In this document: piece after piece, positions 1 through 10,514 of the stretch | How the letters are laid out: the number at the start of each line of letters is the position of its first letter | How positions within the stretch are numbered: position 1 is the stretch's first letter | Origin: Terriglobia bacterium | GTDB taxonomy: Bacteria; Acidobacteriota; Terriglobia; 2-12-FULL-54-10 | Length of the DNA: 64,000 nucleotides | Direction of reading: 5' to 3' | Assembly: GCA_963666975.2 (NCBI GenBank) | Contig: CAXVYR010000004.1 | Span: forward strand, 2,080,001 to 2,144,000 | Position numbers and translations under genes: made by a program | Notes under the pieces: generated by a model | Databases searched by the model: none | What the model was told of the DNA's origin: nothing | Seen by the model: only the letters and a program-made list of their open reading frames with translations

Positions 1-65
1 CTCCACCCGGCTGCAACGGCGTATGGTCTAACATAGATAGTGGACCAATAACCGGGGGCAGGTCA
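1..65 (+). mobile_element. Right end (IRR) of an IS3-family element that truncates the following nrfD-like gene
   Basis: Ends ...TGGACCAATAACCGGGGGCAGGTCA (TG...CA IS3-type terminus). Homologous to the 3' end of the mini-element at 25489-25628. The NrfD-like frame (WWSSVLIP) begins immediately after. Confidence 0.55.
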
Positions 66-681
66 TGGTGGAGCAGCGTGCTGATCCCCATCGTATTTCT
101 GTTTTCCGCCATCGTCTCCGGAATCGCGCTGGTACTGGTCATTTATCTATTGTCAGGCCTGGTGCGCAAAATCCTGGACATGGCTTGCCTGGATAAGCTG
201 GCCATGTTTCCTTTCTATGCCCTGGTTGTGGATTTCTCTTTGGAAATTCTGGATTTCGTCCACTGGCTCTATGAGGCGGAAGAATCCATACAGATTCTCT
301 CTCAGATGATCGCCAGCCGCCTGTTCCTCAGCCTGGTGGTGTTGCAGGCGCTGCTCGGCACCATGTTTCCGCTGGTCTGTCTGGCGCTGGTGGGCCCGGT
401 CTTTGGGAGCCGCGCAATCGTTCAGGTCCCGGGAGAGCTCCGGAGGCTTCTCTACCTTGTGGCCGCCGTGCTGATACAGGTTGGCATATTCAGCACTCGC
501 TGGAACGTGGTGATCGGAGGCCAATTGTTCTCGAAAAGCCTCCGCGGGCTGACCGTCTATAAGATGGAATTGCTGGGGGCTGGAAGGTTTCTTTATGTCC
601 GCGCTGCTGCTGCTGGCGCCGTTTGTTTTACTCTATATCTTCGTTAAAATCCTGCCGCCTTGGATGGAAGACGCTGCCTAG
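66..681 (+). pseudogene. NrfD/PsrC-family polysulfide reductase membrane subunit, 5'-truncated and frameshifted
   Basis: Multi-TM ORF 78-647 with PIVFLFSAIVSG and RWNVVIGGQ. The last helix (LLLLAPFVLLYIFVKILPPW) continues in another frame to TAG at 679-681. Confidence 0.65.
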
Positions 682-748
682 CAGGTTGTTATCTACCGTG
701 TCCGAGCCGACGCCGCGATGTCCAAACAGCCCGTGTGGACTCCCGTTA

Positions 749-2050
749 CTAACTGTCTTTTTTTACTTTTTCATTCTCGCGGATGTAGAAATAGAGGCTG
801 AACACAACTATCAGGATAAACAACGTGGAGACTGCCAGACCCTTCCGGCGCGACTGGACCTCCGCCAACTTCTCCCTGCCTTGTTCGGTGGCACGGGCCG
901 CGACTTCGAGCCCCTGGCTGATCTGGCCGGCGACGCGCTCCACATCCAGGCTGTGAATCTCCGTGCGGGCCATGATCCAGTGGCTGTGCGCGGCGGTCAA
1001 CTCGGCGGTGGCTACGCTCACTTCCATTCCCGCGCGGTCGGCCTGTTCCAGCGTTTCCCGCGCGAGCTGTATTTCTCCGCTTAGCTTGACAATCTGGTCC
1101 GCCATCACCTTGGCCCTTTCGGCTCCGCCATCGTCCGGGGCATGGCAGCCGAGGCAGATGCTCTCCGGGCCGGGAGCCAGCATCTGCTCATTGGTCCGCA
1201 GGATGGCATGATTGCTATGGCAGCCGACGCAGCCGGGCACGCCCATGAGGTCAAAGACGGCCTGATGCGGGCTGTTTGCGAACAATTCCTGGTTGTTCGC
1301 GTGGCATGTGCCGCAGACATCCGCAACCGAGCGCACGCCCGGCGGAGTCGCTCCATGACTGCCGTGACAGGTGACGCAGGTGGGCGCGGAGAGATCTTCC
1401 TGGACGGTCAGAGCCTCGTAATGCACGCTCTGCTCGTAGTCGGCCACCTGGGTGTGTCCCGGAAGCTGGTAACTTCCCATGTATTGGTCGTTGCTGTGAC
1501 ACCGGCTGCAGGTCTCGGGGATATTCAACGGGTAGACAGGGGCGGTGGGGTCTGAGACCAGCTTGATGTCATGAACGCTGTGGCAGTCGATGCACGTGGC
1601 CACTTGCTGGTCCCCCTGACGCAGTAGTTGTCCGTGCTGGCTGGTTCTGTACTGGGCCACATGGTCGGTGCGCACCGAGGGATTGAAGTTGTGCATGTAA
1701 GTGGCGTCGCTGTGGCAGCGGCCGCAGAAGGACGGAATCTGCCGGCGCGAGGGTCTTCCCCGGAAGCCTTTCGCAGGATTCATGGCAACCTGCATGTCCA
1801 TGCTGGTGGGGTCTCCCCCGTGGCAAGAGGCGCAGGTCAGTCCCTTCTCGGCATGGATGTCCTCGGAAAACGGTTTGGTGGGAGTGGACAGCCCGCCCCC
1901 CAATCCGGAATGGCAGGTCAGGCAGGTGTTGGTTGCCGCTGGCCTCTCGATCGGCGGTTCGTCCTGTCCCCCTGCGGAAACCGGCAGAAGAACGCAGGCG
2001 AGCAGAAGCAAAGCAGACAGTGTGAACCGAGATGGTTTAATCAGCCACAT
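749..2050 (-). CDS. Multiheme (9 x CxxCH) cytochrome c with signal peptide and C-terminal membrane anchor
   Basis: CLTCH, CASCH, CGRCH, CIDCH, CSRCH, CVTCH, CGTCH, CVGCH, CLGCH. Hydrophobic N-terminus and C-terminal TM helix. Confidence 0.9.
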   Translation of the reverse strand: MWLIKPSRFTLSALLLLACVLLPVSAGGQDEPPIERPAATNTCLTCHSGLGGGLSTPTKPFSEDIHAEKGLTCASCHGGDPTSMDMQVAMNPAKGFRGRPSRRQIPSFCGRCHSDATYMHNFNPSVRTDHVAQYRTSQHGQLLRQGDQQVATCIDCHSVHDIKLVSDPTAPVYPLNIPETCSRCHSNDQYMGSYQLPGHTQVADYEQSVHYEALTVQEDLSAPTCVTCHGSHGATPPGVRSVADVCGTCHANNQELFANSPHQAVFDLMGVPGCVGCHSNHAILRTNEQMLAPGPESICLGCHAPDDGGAERAKVMADQIVKLSGEIQLARETLEQADRAGMEVSVATAELTAAHSHWIMARTEIHSLDVERVAGQISQGLEVAARATEQGREKLAEVQSRRKGLAVSTLFILIVVFSLYFYIRENEKVKKDS

Positions 2051-2300
2051 AAGAAACAATCGTCATCACCACGATAAAAATTACAGCCCCGATGCCGATC
2101 CACTGGAAGATACGGCTCCCTCGGCCCTGTTGCTGGCTCCGGTCCAGGAAAGGAACCGCCACCCACAACAAACCCGCAAGGGAAAAGGCGAGAATCCCGA
2201 TGACTTCGCCTTCGAAGCTGAAGATTTCAGCCGGGATATATTTCAGCGTTTGAAACATGAACAGGAAATACCATTCGGGACTGCTGGAGGAAGGATGCAA
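2037..2300 (-). pseudogene. Cytochrome b (bc/b6f subunit IV-like) C-terminal fragment
   Basis: PEWYFLF Qo-site motif followed by two TM helices and VPFLD. No upstream cytochrome b sequence. Confidence 0.7.
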
Positions 2301-2565
2301 ACTGGAATTGGAAGCGACGGCTGTACTCTAAATTTGTTCCGCCGTTCCATTGGCCCCAGAAATCCGAAAATTTTTTCTACCGCTCGGAGGGCTCTTCCAT
2401 TACACTTTATAACCTTTTAGATTTAAGGATCGTCCTGAGTGGCGGGAGAGGAATTCGGAGGAAGTTGCTTTCCCCCTATGACGGCCTGCACGGCTCCATC
2501 TGCAGGAAGTGTACGTGGTCATTGCCTGACAACAAATCTTCTATTGTGAAAGGCTGTTCGCAACT

Positions 2566-4632
2566 ATGGAAAACCTGGTTTCTTTGACACCCTACGCAGG
2601 GCTGCTTGGTCTGGGGATCGCCCTCGTCCTGTATCTGCTGATGGTTCGACAGCCGACCGGCACCGACCGGATGCGGGAGATTGCCGACACGATCCATACG
2701 GGAGCGATGGCGTTCTTGAAGCGGGAATACAGCATCCTGGCTCTGTTCGTCCTGCTGGTCGGCGGGCTTCTCGCCTGGAGCCTCAACGTCCAGACGGCGA
2801 TATGCTTTTTCAGCGGGGCCATCTGTTCCGTCCTGGCCGGGGTGATTGGCATGAAGGCAGCGACCAAGGCCAACGTTCGCACGACGGAGGCGGCCCGCTC
2901 CCAGGGAGAAGGCGCGGCTCTGCTGATCTCCTTTGACGGCGGCGCCGTCATGGGGCTTGCCGTGGCCAGCCTCGGGTTGCTGGGGCTGGGTATTTTCTAT
3001 TCGTTTTATGGTGATCCGACCACCTCAACCTATCTGAGCGGATTCGCAATGGGGGCCAGCACCATTGCTTTGTTTGCCCGCGTCGGCGGAGGGATATTCA
3101 CGAAGGCCGCCGACGTCGGCAGCGACCTGGTTGGGAAGGTCGAGGCAGGCATCCCGGAGGATGATCCGCGCAACCCCGGCGTGATCGCCGACAACGTGGG
3201 AGACAATGTGGGCGACGTTGCCGGGATGGGCGCCGATATCTTCGAGTCCTACGTGGGCTCCATCGTGGCCACCATCGCCATTGCGGCTACCCTGGCGGCG
3301 GAGGACGTGGGAATGCTGGCCGAGTCCGGCAGCGGCGGCCTCTCCTCGACCGCTCTCCTGATGGCATTCCCGCTGGTGCTGGCCGGGATCGGCCTGTTTG
3401 CTTCCTTGATCGGAATCGCCGCCATGCGCGTGCTCAAGAATTTTGGGCCCGCCGGCGCGCTGCGCAACTCCACCTTTATGGCAGCGGCTCTTTTCCTGGG
3501 CGGCTCTTATTTTTTGGTGCAAAGTTCCCCGGTCAACACCAACGTCTTCTGGGCGGTCGTTGCCGGAGTCGTCGGAGGGATCTCCATCGGCCTGCTCACC
3601 GAATACTACACTTCCGGCAGCCCGGTCCGGCGAATTGCAGAGGCGTCGCGAACCGGCTCCGCAACGAACATCATCGGGGGGCTGGCTGTCGGGATGCAAA
3701 GCTGCGCCCTCCCGGCCTTGACCATTTGTGCGGTCATATATACCGCCAACCTCACGAGCGGACTCTACGGAATTGGAATCGCTGCGGTGGGCATGCTGGC
3801 GACCGTCGGCATCACCATGAGCGTGGACGCCTACGGACCGGTCGCCGACAACGCCGGCGGCATCTCGGAGATGAGCGGCCTCGGGCCGGAGGTGCGGAAG
3901 ATTACCGACAAGCTCGACTCGCTCGGCAACACCACGGCGGCCATCGGCAAAGGTTTCGCCATCGGCTCGGCGGCGCTCACGGCGTTGGCTCTGTTTTCAG
4001 CCTATACCCAGGCGATTGATTACGTGAGGGGAAACCACAACCTTCCTCCCCTGCAACTGGAAATCACCGACGCCCGTCTGGTGATTGGACTCTTTATCGG
4101 GGGCACATTGCCCTTCCTGATTGCGGCGATGACCATGACCAGCGTCGGCCGCGCGGCGGGCAAGATGGTGGAAGAGATCCGCCGCCAATTCCGGGAGATC
4201 AAAGGCTTGCTCGAAGGCGACCCCAATGCCAAGCCCGATGCCGCCCGCTGCGTGGACATCGCCACCACGGCGGCGCTTCGGGAAATGATCGCGCCGGGAG
4301 TGACGGCGGTGACCGCTCCGCTGCTGGTGGGGTACCTGCTGGGTCCGGAAGCGCTGGGCGGGATGCTGGCCGGGGCCACCGTCACCGGCGTGCTGCTGGC
4401 CTTGATGATGGCCAACGCTGGAGGCGCCTGGGACAACGCCAAGAAGCTGATCGAAAAGGGAGAGCTCGAAGGGGAAAAGAAAGGAACCGAAGCTCACAAG
4501 GCAGCCGTTGTAGGCGATACGGTCGGCGATCCCTTCAAGGACACTTCCGGCCCCTCCATGAACATCCTGATCAAGCTCATGTCGATTGTGTCGCTGGTAA
4601 CGGCTCCGCTGATCGCGCTGGTGGGAAGCTAG
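2566..4632 (+). CDS. hppA: Membrane ion-translocating pyrophosphatase (K+-dependent, probably Na+-pumping)
   Basis: [56 protein letters not shown] motifs. Confidence 0.95.
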   Translation: MENLVSLTPYAGLLGLGIALVLYLLMVRQPTGTDRMREIADTIHTGAMAFLKREYSILALFVLLVGGLLAWSLNVQTAICFFSGAICSVLAGVIGMKAATKANVRTTEAARSQGEGAALLISFDGGAVMGLAVASLGLLGLGIFYSFYGDPTTSTYLSGFAMGASTIALFARVGGGIFTKAADVGSDLVGKVEAGIPEDDPRNPGVIADNVGDNVGDVAGMGADIFESYVGSIVATIAIAATLAAEDVGMLAESGSGGLSSTALLMAFPLVLAGIGLFASLIGIAAMRVLKNFGPAGALRNSTFMAAALFLGGSYFLVQSSPVNTNVFWAVVAGVVGGISIGLLTEYYTSGSPVRRIAEASRTGSATNIIGGLAVGMQSCALPALTICAVIYTANLTSGLYGIGIAAVGMLATVGITMSVDAYGPVADNAGGISEMSGLGPEVRKITDKLDSLGNTTAAIGKGFAIGSAALTALALFSAYTQAIDYVRGNHNLPPLQLEITDARLVIGLFIGGTLPFLIAAMTMTSVGRAAGKMVEEIRRQFREIKGLLEGDPNAKPDAARCVDIATTAALREMIAPGVTAVTAPLLVGYLLGPEALGGMLAGATVTGVLLALMMANAGGAWDNAKKLIEKGELEGEKKGTEAHKAAVVGDTVGDPFKDTSGPSMNILIKLMSIVSLVTAPLIALVGS

Positions 4633-4668
4633 ATTTTCGGAAGCTAAGTTTTCGGAAACTAGGTTTTA
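4624..4668 (+). repeat. Three imperfect 15-bp tandem repeats spanning the hppA stop
   Basis: GGAAGCTAGATTTTC / GGAAGCTAAGTTTTC / GGAAACTAGGTTTTA. Confidence 0.7.
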
Positions 4669-4992
4669 TGTCAATCCGGGAGGTCTTCACTGGGGACCTC
4701 CCGTTCTTGTCTGTTGCCGAATAACCTAGCGGTCCTGTTAAACTCTCCGTCGCCCTTCTCTGGCCGGTTAAAAAAGCGCCCCGCTAAAATGCATCCGGAA
4801 CTTGTCCGTTTTTTCACTTCTTTTCTGGAACAAGAGCAGTATCCTTGTGGGATAGAATTGTCATGATCCCCGTCAGCAAGAACCGGGAAGGAGCGGCTGG
4901 TTGCGCCCGGAAAAGACAAGAGGAACAAAGTAAACTGTATTCTTGTGCGCTGCTTGGACCGGCCTCAACAGCGCCAAGGGAAAGAAGGCGGC

Positions 4993-5544
4993 ATGAACCG
5001 TAACGTTACTCTTCTGTTGGTGTTGGTCCTCGCCCTTGCGGCGCCACTCGCTGTTCAACTCACGGCTCAACGCACTGTTCAACAGCGCAGCGAAACCGTG
5101 GAGGTGACCGTGGAAGATTTGGTGGCGACCCCGGTCGGCGTCAGCATCACCCTGCGCGCTCCGGATTCCTCGGACCGCATTCGCATGCTCATCGGCGTTT
5201 CCGAGGGCCGCTCTATTGCGCGGGCCATGCGCGGCCGGAAATCGTCGCGTCCGATGACTCACGACTTGTTCAAAGAGTTTCTGGATCGCAACGGCTGGAA
5301 GGTTCAAAAAGTTTTGATCCGCGACTTGGCATTGGGCACCTTCCTGGCCGACCTGACCTTGGAAAAGGACCGCGAGACGCAGGTCTATGACGCGCGGCCA
5401 AGCGACGCCATGGCCATTGCGCTCCGCTACGGCGCGAAGATCTACGTCAGTAAACACGTCTTCAAGCAGCAACGGGAAGATGAGGAGCGGCAAGAAAAGC
5501 GCGTGAAACCGGATGCTTCCGAACCGGAGACCTTGAGACTATAA
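4993..5544 (+). CDS. Bifunctional nuclease family (DUF151/BFN) protein with N-terminal signal-like segment
   Basis: IG..EG.SIA, RPMTHDL, DARPSDAMAIAL motifs. ATG at 4993 follows a purine-rich RBS. Confidence 0.85.
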   Translation: MNRNVTLLLVLVLALAAPLAVQLTAQRTVQQRSETVEVTVEDLVATPVGVSITLRAPDSSDRIRMLIGVSEGRSIARAMRGRKSSRPMTHDLFKEFLDRNGWKVQKVLIRDLALGTFLADLTLEKDRETQVYDARPSDAMAIALRYGAKIYVSKHVFKQQREDEERQEKRVKPDASEPETLRL

Positions 5545-5613
5545 GCAGCCTTTTGCCTTGCCGGAGCGGTTCTTCTGAACTCTATCTCCCGAATCCCTCT
5601 TCCTAGTAGAAAA

Positions 5614-6483
5614 TTAAGTCTCGCCGCGTTTCTGCCGCAACAAATCCCCGGCTTTTTTAGCGGCATCGTAGACAAGCTGGCCCATCTTGGGAGGAGACGG
5701 CTCGAAGTCCGCTTGAATCCCGTACTCCAGCAAAGCCTCGCTCGTAACCGGTCCGATGGAGGCCACCACGGAGCGATCCAGGCCCCGGCGCACTTGGTCT
5801 TCGGCGCTGCTCCGGGAAGCCACCTGCATCAGGTTGCGAATCTGCTGGGCGCTGGTCACCAGCAGCACGTCGATCTTTCCGCCGGCAATCTCGCCGATGG
5901 CGCGTTCCAGCGGCGCTGTGTCTTCCGGAAGCGCCCACTGGTAGACGGGCACCTGGCGCACCTCGGCTCCGCGCGCCTCCAGACCCTCAACCAATTCATG
6001 GTTCGGCACCCCGTACTCCTGCATGGCGATGCGCTTTCCAGCAAGCGGGATGGGTGGCTGGTACGTGTCGAGAGTTTTCAAGATGTCGCGCCAAGTGTTC
6101 GGTTCCGGAACCAGGATTGTAATAGGGACTCCAACCTCGCGGAGCACCGCCGTAGGCTTGGGTCCACGGGCGACCACGACAACCCGGGAAAGAGCCTCCA
6201 CCAGTTTCTCGCGGGGATATTTCGTTTCCACAGCGCCGAACAGAATCCGTGTGCCGACTCCTGTGAGAAAGATCACCACATCCAGCTTCCCTGCGAAAAG
6301 CTCTTCGGCGAAGGCCAGAGCATCGGGGTTTTCTTTCAGAGGAATCTCGCGCATGGAGGGCGCGCTGACGGCCACGCCCCCGTGGTTCACAATCAATTGA
6401 GCCATCTGCCCGGCCCGGCGGCTCTCCAGCGAGAGTACTCGAAGCCCCTCGAGGCCCCTTTTTACCTGCTCAGCATCAGTCAC
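5614..6483 (-). CDS. hemD: Uroporphyrinogen-III synthase
   Basis: LESRR, FLTGVG, ARGPKP, VPVYQW, SIGPVTSEAL. Divergent from the hemE operon. Confidence 0.85.
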   Translation of the reverse strand: MTDAEQVKRGLEGLRVLSLESRRAGQMAQLIVNHGGVAVSAPSMREIPLKENPDALAFAEELFAGKLDVVIFLTGVGTRILFGAVETKYPREKLVEALSRVVVVARGPKPTAVLREVGVPITILVPEPNTWRDILKTLDTYQPPIPLAGKRIAMQEYGVPNHELVEGLEARGAEVRQVPVYQWALPEDTAPLERAIGEIAGGKIDVLLVTSAQQIRNLMQVASRSSAEDQVRRGLDRSVVASIGPVTSEALLEYGIQADFEPSPPKMGQLVYDAAKKAGDLLRQKRGET

Positions 6484-6679
6484 AACAATCCATCCTTATA
6501 AAAACTCCGTAATGCCCCGCCGGATTCGGTCCGGCGCCGGCTCCCATTCTACAACTGACGGCGCTCCGTCGAGCGAAGCTTCTCCTTCCGGCGTCTTTGC
6601 CGAAAAGTCCGATGCGCGAGGCTGCCCGTGCTAGGATTATTAGCGCGGAAAAACTGCGGATTGTTGGAAAAGGGTTGGT

Positions 6680-7729
6680 ATGGATCAATCGGATTTGTTT
6701 CTAAAAGCCTGCCGCCGCCAGCCGGTGCCGCGCACGCCGGTCTGGTTCATGCGCCAGGCGGGCCGGTATATGAAGGAGTATCGCGAGTTGCGCGCCCGCC
6801 ACTCCCTGTTGGAGTTGTGTCAGACACCGGAACTCGCCGCCCAAGTCACGCTCCAGCCGATTGAGAAGCTCGGCGTGGACGCGGCCATCATCTTTGCAGA
6901 CTTACTGCTGCCCGCGCAGGCCATGGGAATGAAGCTGGAGTTTGTGGAGGGCGAAGGCCCGGTGCTCTCCGAGGCCGTGCGCACAGCGGAAGCGGTTCGC
7001 AAATTGAGAAAGGTGAAAGACGGCGAACTTTCCTACGTGGCCGATACCATCCGCATCGTGCGCCGGGAATTGAACGGGAAGGTGCCTGTGATCGGATTCT
7101 CGGGCGCGCCCTTTACCGTGGCCAGCTACATGATCGAAGGCGGGGCGAGCCGAAATTTTGTCATGACCAAACAAATGATGTACCAGCAGCCGAAAATCTG
7201 GCATGAATTGATGGGCAAGCTGGTTGAGGTTCTGAGCGATTTTTTGCGGAGCCAGGCGGATGCCGGAGCCGATGCGCTGCAAATTTTCGACAGCTGGGTG
7301 GGCTGCCTCTGTCCGGAAGACTATCGCCTCTATGTGCTGCCGCATTCGCAACAGCTCCTTCGCAACGCAACGTCCTCCTCCCAGAAGACTCCCCTCATCC
7401 ACTTTGGCACCGGGACCGCAACCCTGCTGGAGCTGATGCGGGAAGCCGGGGGCGACGTTATCGGAGCCGACTGGCGCATCGGCTTACAAGACGCATGGCA
7501 ACGGGTGGGCCACGACGTCGCCATGCAAGGCAATCTGGACCCGGTGGTCTTGTTTGGTCCTCTGGAAAAGATTCGCGAGCAGGTGGAAAACATTCTGCGG
7601 GCCGCGGAAGGCCGTCCGGGCCATATTTTCAACCTCGGCCATGGAATTCTGCCGGAAACGCCGGTCGAGAACGTCCAGGCGGTTGTCGAGATGGTTCATC
7701 AGTTCCCCACCGGCGCTGCCAAAACTTGA
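6680..7729 (+). CDS. hemE: Uroporphyrinogen decarboxylase
   Basis: PVWFMRQAGRY, GFSGAPFT, IFDSW, QGNLDP, IFNLGHGI. Confidence 0.97.
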   Translation: MDQSDLFLKACRRQPVPRTPVWFMRQAGRYMKEYRELRARHSLLELCQTPELAAQVTLQPIEKLGVDAAIIFADLLLPAQAMGMKLEFVEGEGPVLSEAVRTAEAVRKLRKVKDGELSYVADTIRIVRRELNGKVPVIGFSGAPFTVASYMIEGGASRNFVMTKQMMYQQPKIWHELMGKLVEVLSDFLRSQADAGADALQIFDSWVGCLCPEDYRLYVLPHSQQLLRNATSSSQKTPLIHFGTGTATLLELMREAGGDVIGADWRIGLQDAWQRVGHDVAMQGNLDPVVLFGPLEKIREQVENILRAAEGRPGHIFNLGHGILPETPVENVQAVVEMVHQFPTGAAKT

Positions 7730-7746
7730 GCAAGCCATAACGAACG

Positions 7747-8721
7747 ATGTCTCAAAATCCCGTGTCTCCGAATCAGGCGCTTCAGCAACCTGCCGAACCG
7801 TTCACCGGAGTCCTGCTGCTCGCTCACGGCGGTCCGGACTCTATCGAAGACATTGAGCCTTTCCTTGCGAACATCCGCGGAGGAAAACCCTTCCCGCCCA
7901 AACTGCTGGAAGAGATCAAGCGCCGTTACCGGCTGATCGGAAGCCGGTCTCCTCTGCTGGAGCTTTCGCGCCGCCAGGCCGCAGCTCTCGAAAAAGAGCT
8001 GAACGCAACCGGAAAGCGCTTCCGTGTCTATCTGGGCATGCGAAACTGGCACCCCTTCATCCGGCAAACGATGGAAGAAATCGCCGCCGACGGGCTAAAT
8101 CATCTGCTGGCGATGTGCCTGGCCCCGCAGAATTCAAAGATGAGCGTGGGACTCTATTTTAAGCGCGTGAGGGAAGCGCAAGAAGAAGTAGGGGTCAAGA
8201 TACCCGCCACGTTTGTGGAAAGCTGGCACCGGGAACCGCTGCTGCTCGATGCGTTCGCGGAGAAGCTCCACAAAGCCCTGGCAGCGTTCCCCTCTGTGGA
8301 AGCGGAGGACGGGCCGCCTCTTGTGATCTTCACGGCTCACAGTTTGCCGGAGAAGGTGCTGGCGGAAGGCGACCCCTATGACCGCGAAACCAAGGAGACC
8401 GCCGCCGCCGTGGCGGAGCAGGCGGGTCTCACAAACTGGCTGTTTGCCTACCAGAGCCAAGGAGCCACCGCCGATCCGTGGCTGGGCCCCACCGTGGAGT
8501 CCACCCTCGAGCGGCTTGCCGCCGAGGGGCGGAAGCGCGTGCTGATTGCTCCCATCGGTTTTGTCTCCGACCATGTGGAAATCCTGTACGACATCGACAT
8601 CGGCTTCCGGCAATTTGCGGAAGAGCGCGGAATCGACCTGCGCCGCATCGAATCGCTGAACGACAGCCCGGCATTTATTCGGGCCATGGCCTCGGTGGTG
8701 CAAAAGCATTGGAAGGAATAG
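7747..8721 (+). CDS. hemH: Ferrochelatase (proto- or coproporphyrin)
   Basis: GMRNWHPF, FTAHSLP, YQS..G...WLGP, GFVSDHVEILYDID. Confidence 0.95.
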   Translation: MSQNPVSPNQALQQPAEPFTGVLLLAHGGPDSIEDIEPFLANIRGGKPFPPKLLEEIKRRYRLIGSRSPLLELSRRQAAALEKELNATGKRFRVYLGMRNWHPFIRQTMEEIAADGLNHLLAMCLAPQNSKMSVGLYFKRVREAQEEVGVKIPATFVESWHREPLLLDAFAEKLHKALAAFPSVEAEDGPPLVIFTAHSLPEKVLAEGDPYDRETKETAAAVAEQAGLTNWLFAYQSQGATADPWLGPTVESTLERLAAEGRKRVLIAPIGFVSDHVEILYDIDIGFRQFAEERGIDLRRIESLNDSPAFIRAMASVVQKHWKE

Positions 8722-8725
8722 CCGC

Positions 8726-10144
8726 TTGCAATCAGTCGCCATCATCGGAGGAGGAATCTCCGGTTTATCGGCAGCCTATTTTCTGGAGAAGCACGCGAAA
8801 GAAGCGGGAGCGGATATCTCCATCCACTTGATCGAAAGCCGCCCGCGACTGGGAGGCGTCATCGTCACGGAGCGCTCCGGCGGTTTCGTCCTGGAAGGCG
8901 GCCCGGACTCCTTTTTCACGCAAAAACCGGCGGCGATCGAACTCTGCCAGGCGCTGGGCTTGGCGGACCAGTTGATTCCGAGTAACGACCACCGCAGAAA
9001 AACCTATGTCCTGCAGCACGGAAAACTGGAGGAGCTGCCGGAAGGGATGTTCTTTCTGGTGCCCGCCAAAGTTTTGCCCGTTTTCCGCAGCAGGCTGCTC
9101 TCGGTGACGGGCAAGCTCCGCCTGATGCTCGAACCCATTCAGTCCCGGCTGGGCGGACAGGAAGATTTCTCCGTTTCAGATTTCGTATCGCACAGGCTCG
9201 GACGCCAAGTGCTGGAGCGCATTGCCGAGCCGCTGCTCTCCGCCGTTTACGGGGCCAACGTGGATTCGCTCAGCGCGCGCGCGGTGCTGCCGCAATTGCT
9301 GGCCTTGGAAGAGAAGCACGGAAGCCTCTGGAGAGGAATCCGGCAGGCGCGCCGCGCGCAAGCCCAGCGACAAACATCTGGTTCGCCGGGCAGCCTGTTC
9401 ATGAGTCTCCGCAACGGCATCGGCGACATCATTCAAAGCCTGCAAACAAGCCTGACCAAAACCCGGGTGACGACGGAGAGAAAAGTTGAGAAAGTATTGC
9501 GAGACAACCCAGACTCCGCATTCCGTCTGCTGTGCCCGGATGGGGAACTGCAAGCCGAGGCTCTGATCCTGGCGACTCCCGCACATGCGGCCGGAAAGAT
9601 GCTCCACGAGATGGACGGCCGGCTGGCGGGAAAGCTCGAAGAGATTCCCTATCACTCCACCGTCACCGTGTCGCTCGGCTTTGACGAAAGGAAGTTCGGG
9701 CGGACGCTCGATGGATTCGGCTTTATTGTCCCGCGGGGCGAGGGGAAAAAGCTGATCGCCTGCACCTGGGTCTCCACCAAGTTTTCCTTTCGATGCCCGC
9801 CGGGACAGGTTCTGTTGCGCGGTTTCCTGGGAGGAGCCAGAGACCCTTCCGCCATTACGGAATCAGACGACCGGATCATCGAGACGACGCTTCGGGAAAT
9901 ATATGAGATCATGGGCGTGCGGGCCGAACCGCTTTTCACCCGCATTCACCGCTGGGAGAAATCCATGCCGCAATACAGCGTCGGACATCCACGACGGCTG
10001 GAAGAGATCGGAACGCTTGTATCCCGACATCCCGGGCTATTCCTGTCCGGCAACGGCTACCGGGGCATTGGCATGCCGGATTGTATTGCCTCCTCCTCGA
10101 CGGCGGCCTCGGCTGCCGTCCACTACCTCCAGTCGCTTCGGTGA
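8726..10144 (+). CDS. hemG: HemY-type protoporphyrinogen/coproporphyrinogen oxidase
   Basis: GGGISGL FAD-binding motif, EGGPDSF, MPQYSVGH, GIGMPDC. Confidence 0.93.
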   Translation: MQSVAIIGGGISGLSAAYFLEKHAKEAGADISIHLIESRPRLGGVIVTERSGGFVLEGGPDSFFTQKPAAIELCQALGLADQLIPSNDHRRKTYVLQHGKLEELPEGMFFLVPAKVLPVFRSRLLSVTGKLRLMLEPIQSRLGGQEDFSVSDFVSHRLGRQVLERIAEPLLSAVYGANVDSLSARAVLPQLLALEEKHGSLWRGIRQARRAQAQRQTSGSPGSLFMSLRNGIGDIIQSLQTSLTKTRVTTERKVEKVLRDNPDSAFRLLCPDGELQAEALILATPAHAAGKMLHEMDGRLAGKLEEIPYHSTVTVSLGFDERKFGRTLDGFGFIVPRGEGKKLIACTWVSTKFSFRCPPGQVLLRGFLGGARDPSAITESDDRIIETTLREIYEIMGVRAEPLFTRIHRWEKSMPQYSVGHPRRLEEIGTLVSRHPGLFLSGNGYRGIGMPDCIASSSTAASAAVHYLQSLR

Positions 10145-10227
10145 AGAGGCTGCCGGCGATCCAGGAGACTTCCATTCCCTATGGGAGCGCGGCGGAACTC
10201 TTTGAGACGTCTGTCCCCGTCCGAATT

Positions 10228-10424
10228 GGTAGTGGGTCAGTTTCCGTTAGGCACAGCGTCACGCGATTTGTCAGGGCACGGTTTTAACCGTGCCGTTAGA
10301 TGGCCGTTTCCAGAAGGGCTTTAGCCCCTGAGGGAAATCAACCTCAGCGGCTAAAGCCGCTCTTCGGCACCTCGTTATCGGCACGGTTAAAACCGTGCCC
10401 TGACGTTGAAACTGACCCATCACC
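10228..10424. repeat. Nested palindromic REP/MITE-like element
   Basis: Outer IR GGTAGTGGGTCAGTTTC / GAAACTGACCCATCACC (15/17). Inner perfect 26-bp IR at 10270-10295 and 10379-10404. Central hairpin. Confidence 0.75.
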
Positions 10425-10514
10425 TCCGAATTCGCTGGCTTCCCCGACTGCAGGGCGTACAATGGTTTGGATCGGTTTATTCCATGAATTTTGGATAACA
10501 AGAAGGAGGCTACG

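Noticed and set aside
4624-4668. 15-bp tandem repeat as a mini-CRISPR
   Set aside because: There are no spacers; it is a simple tandem duplication at a gene end.
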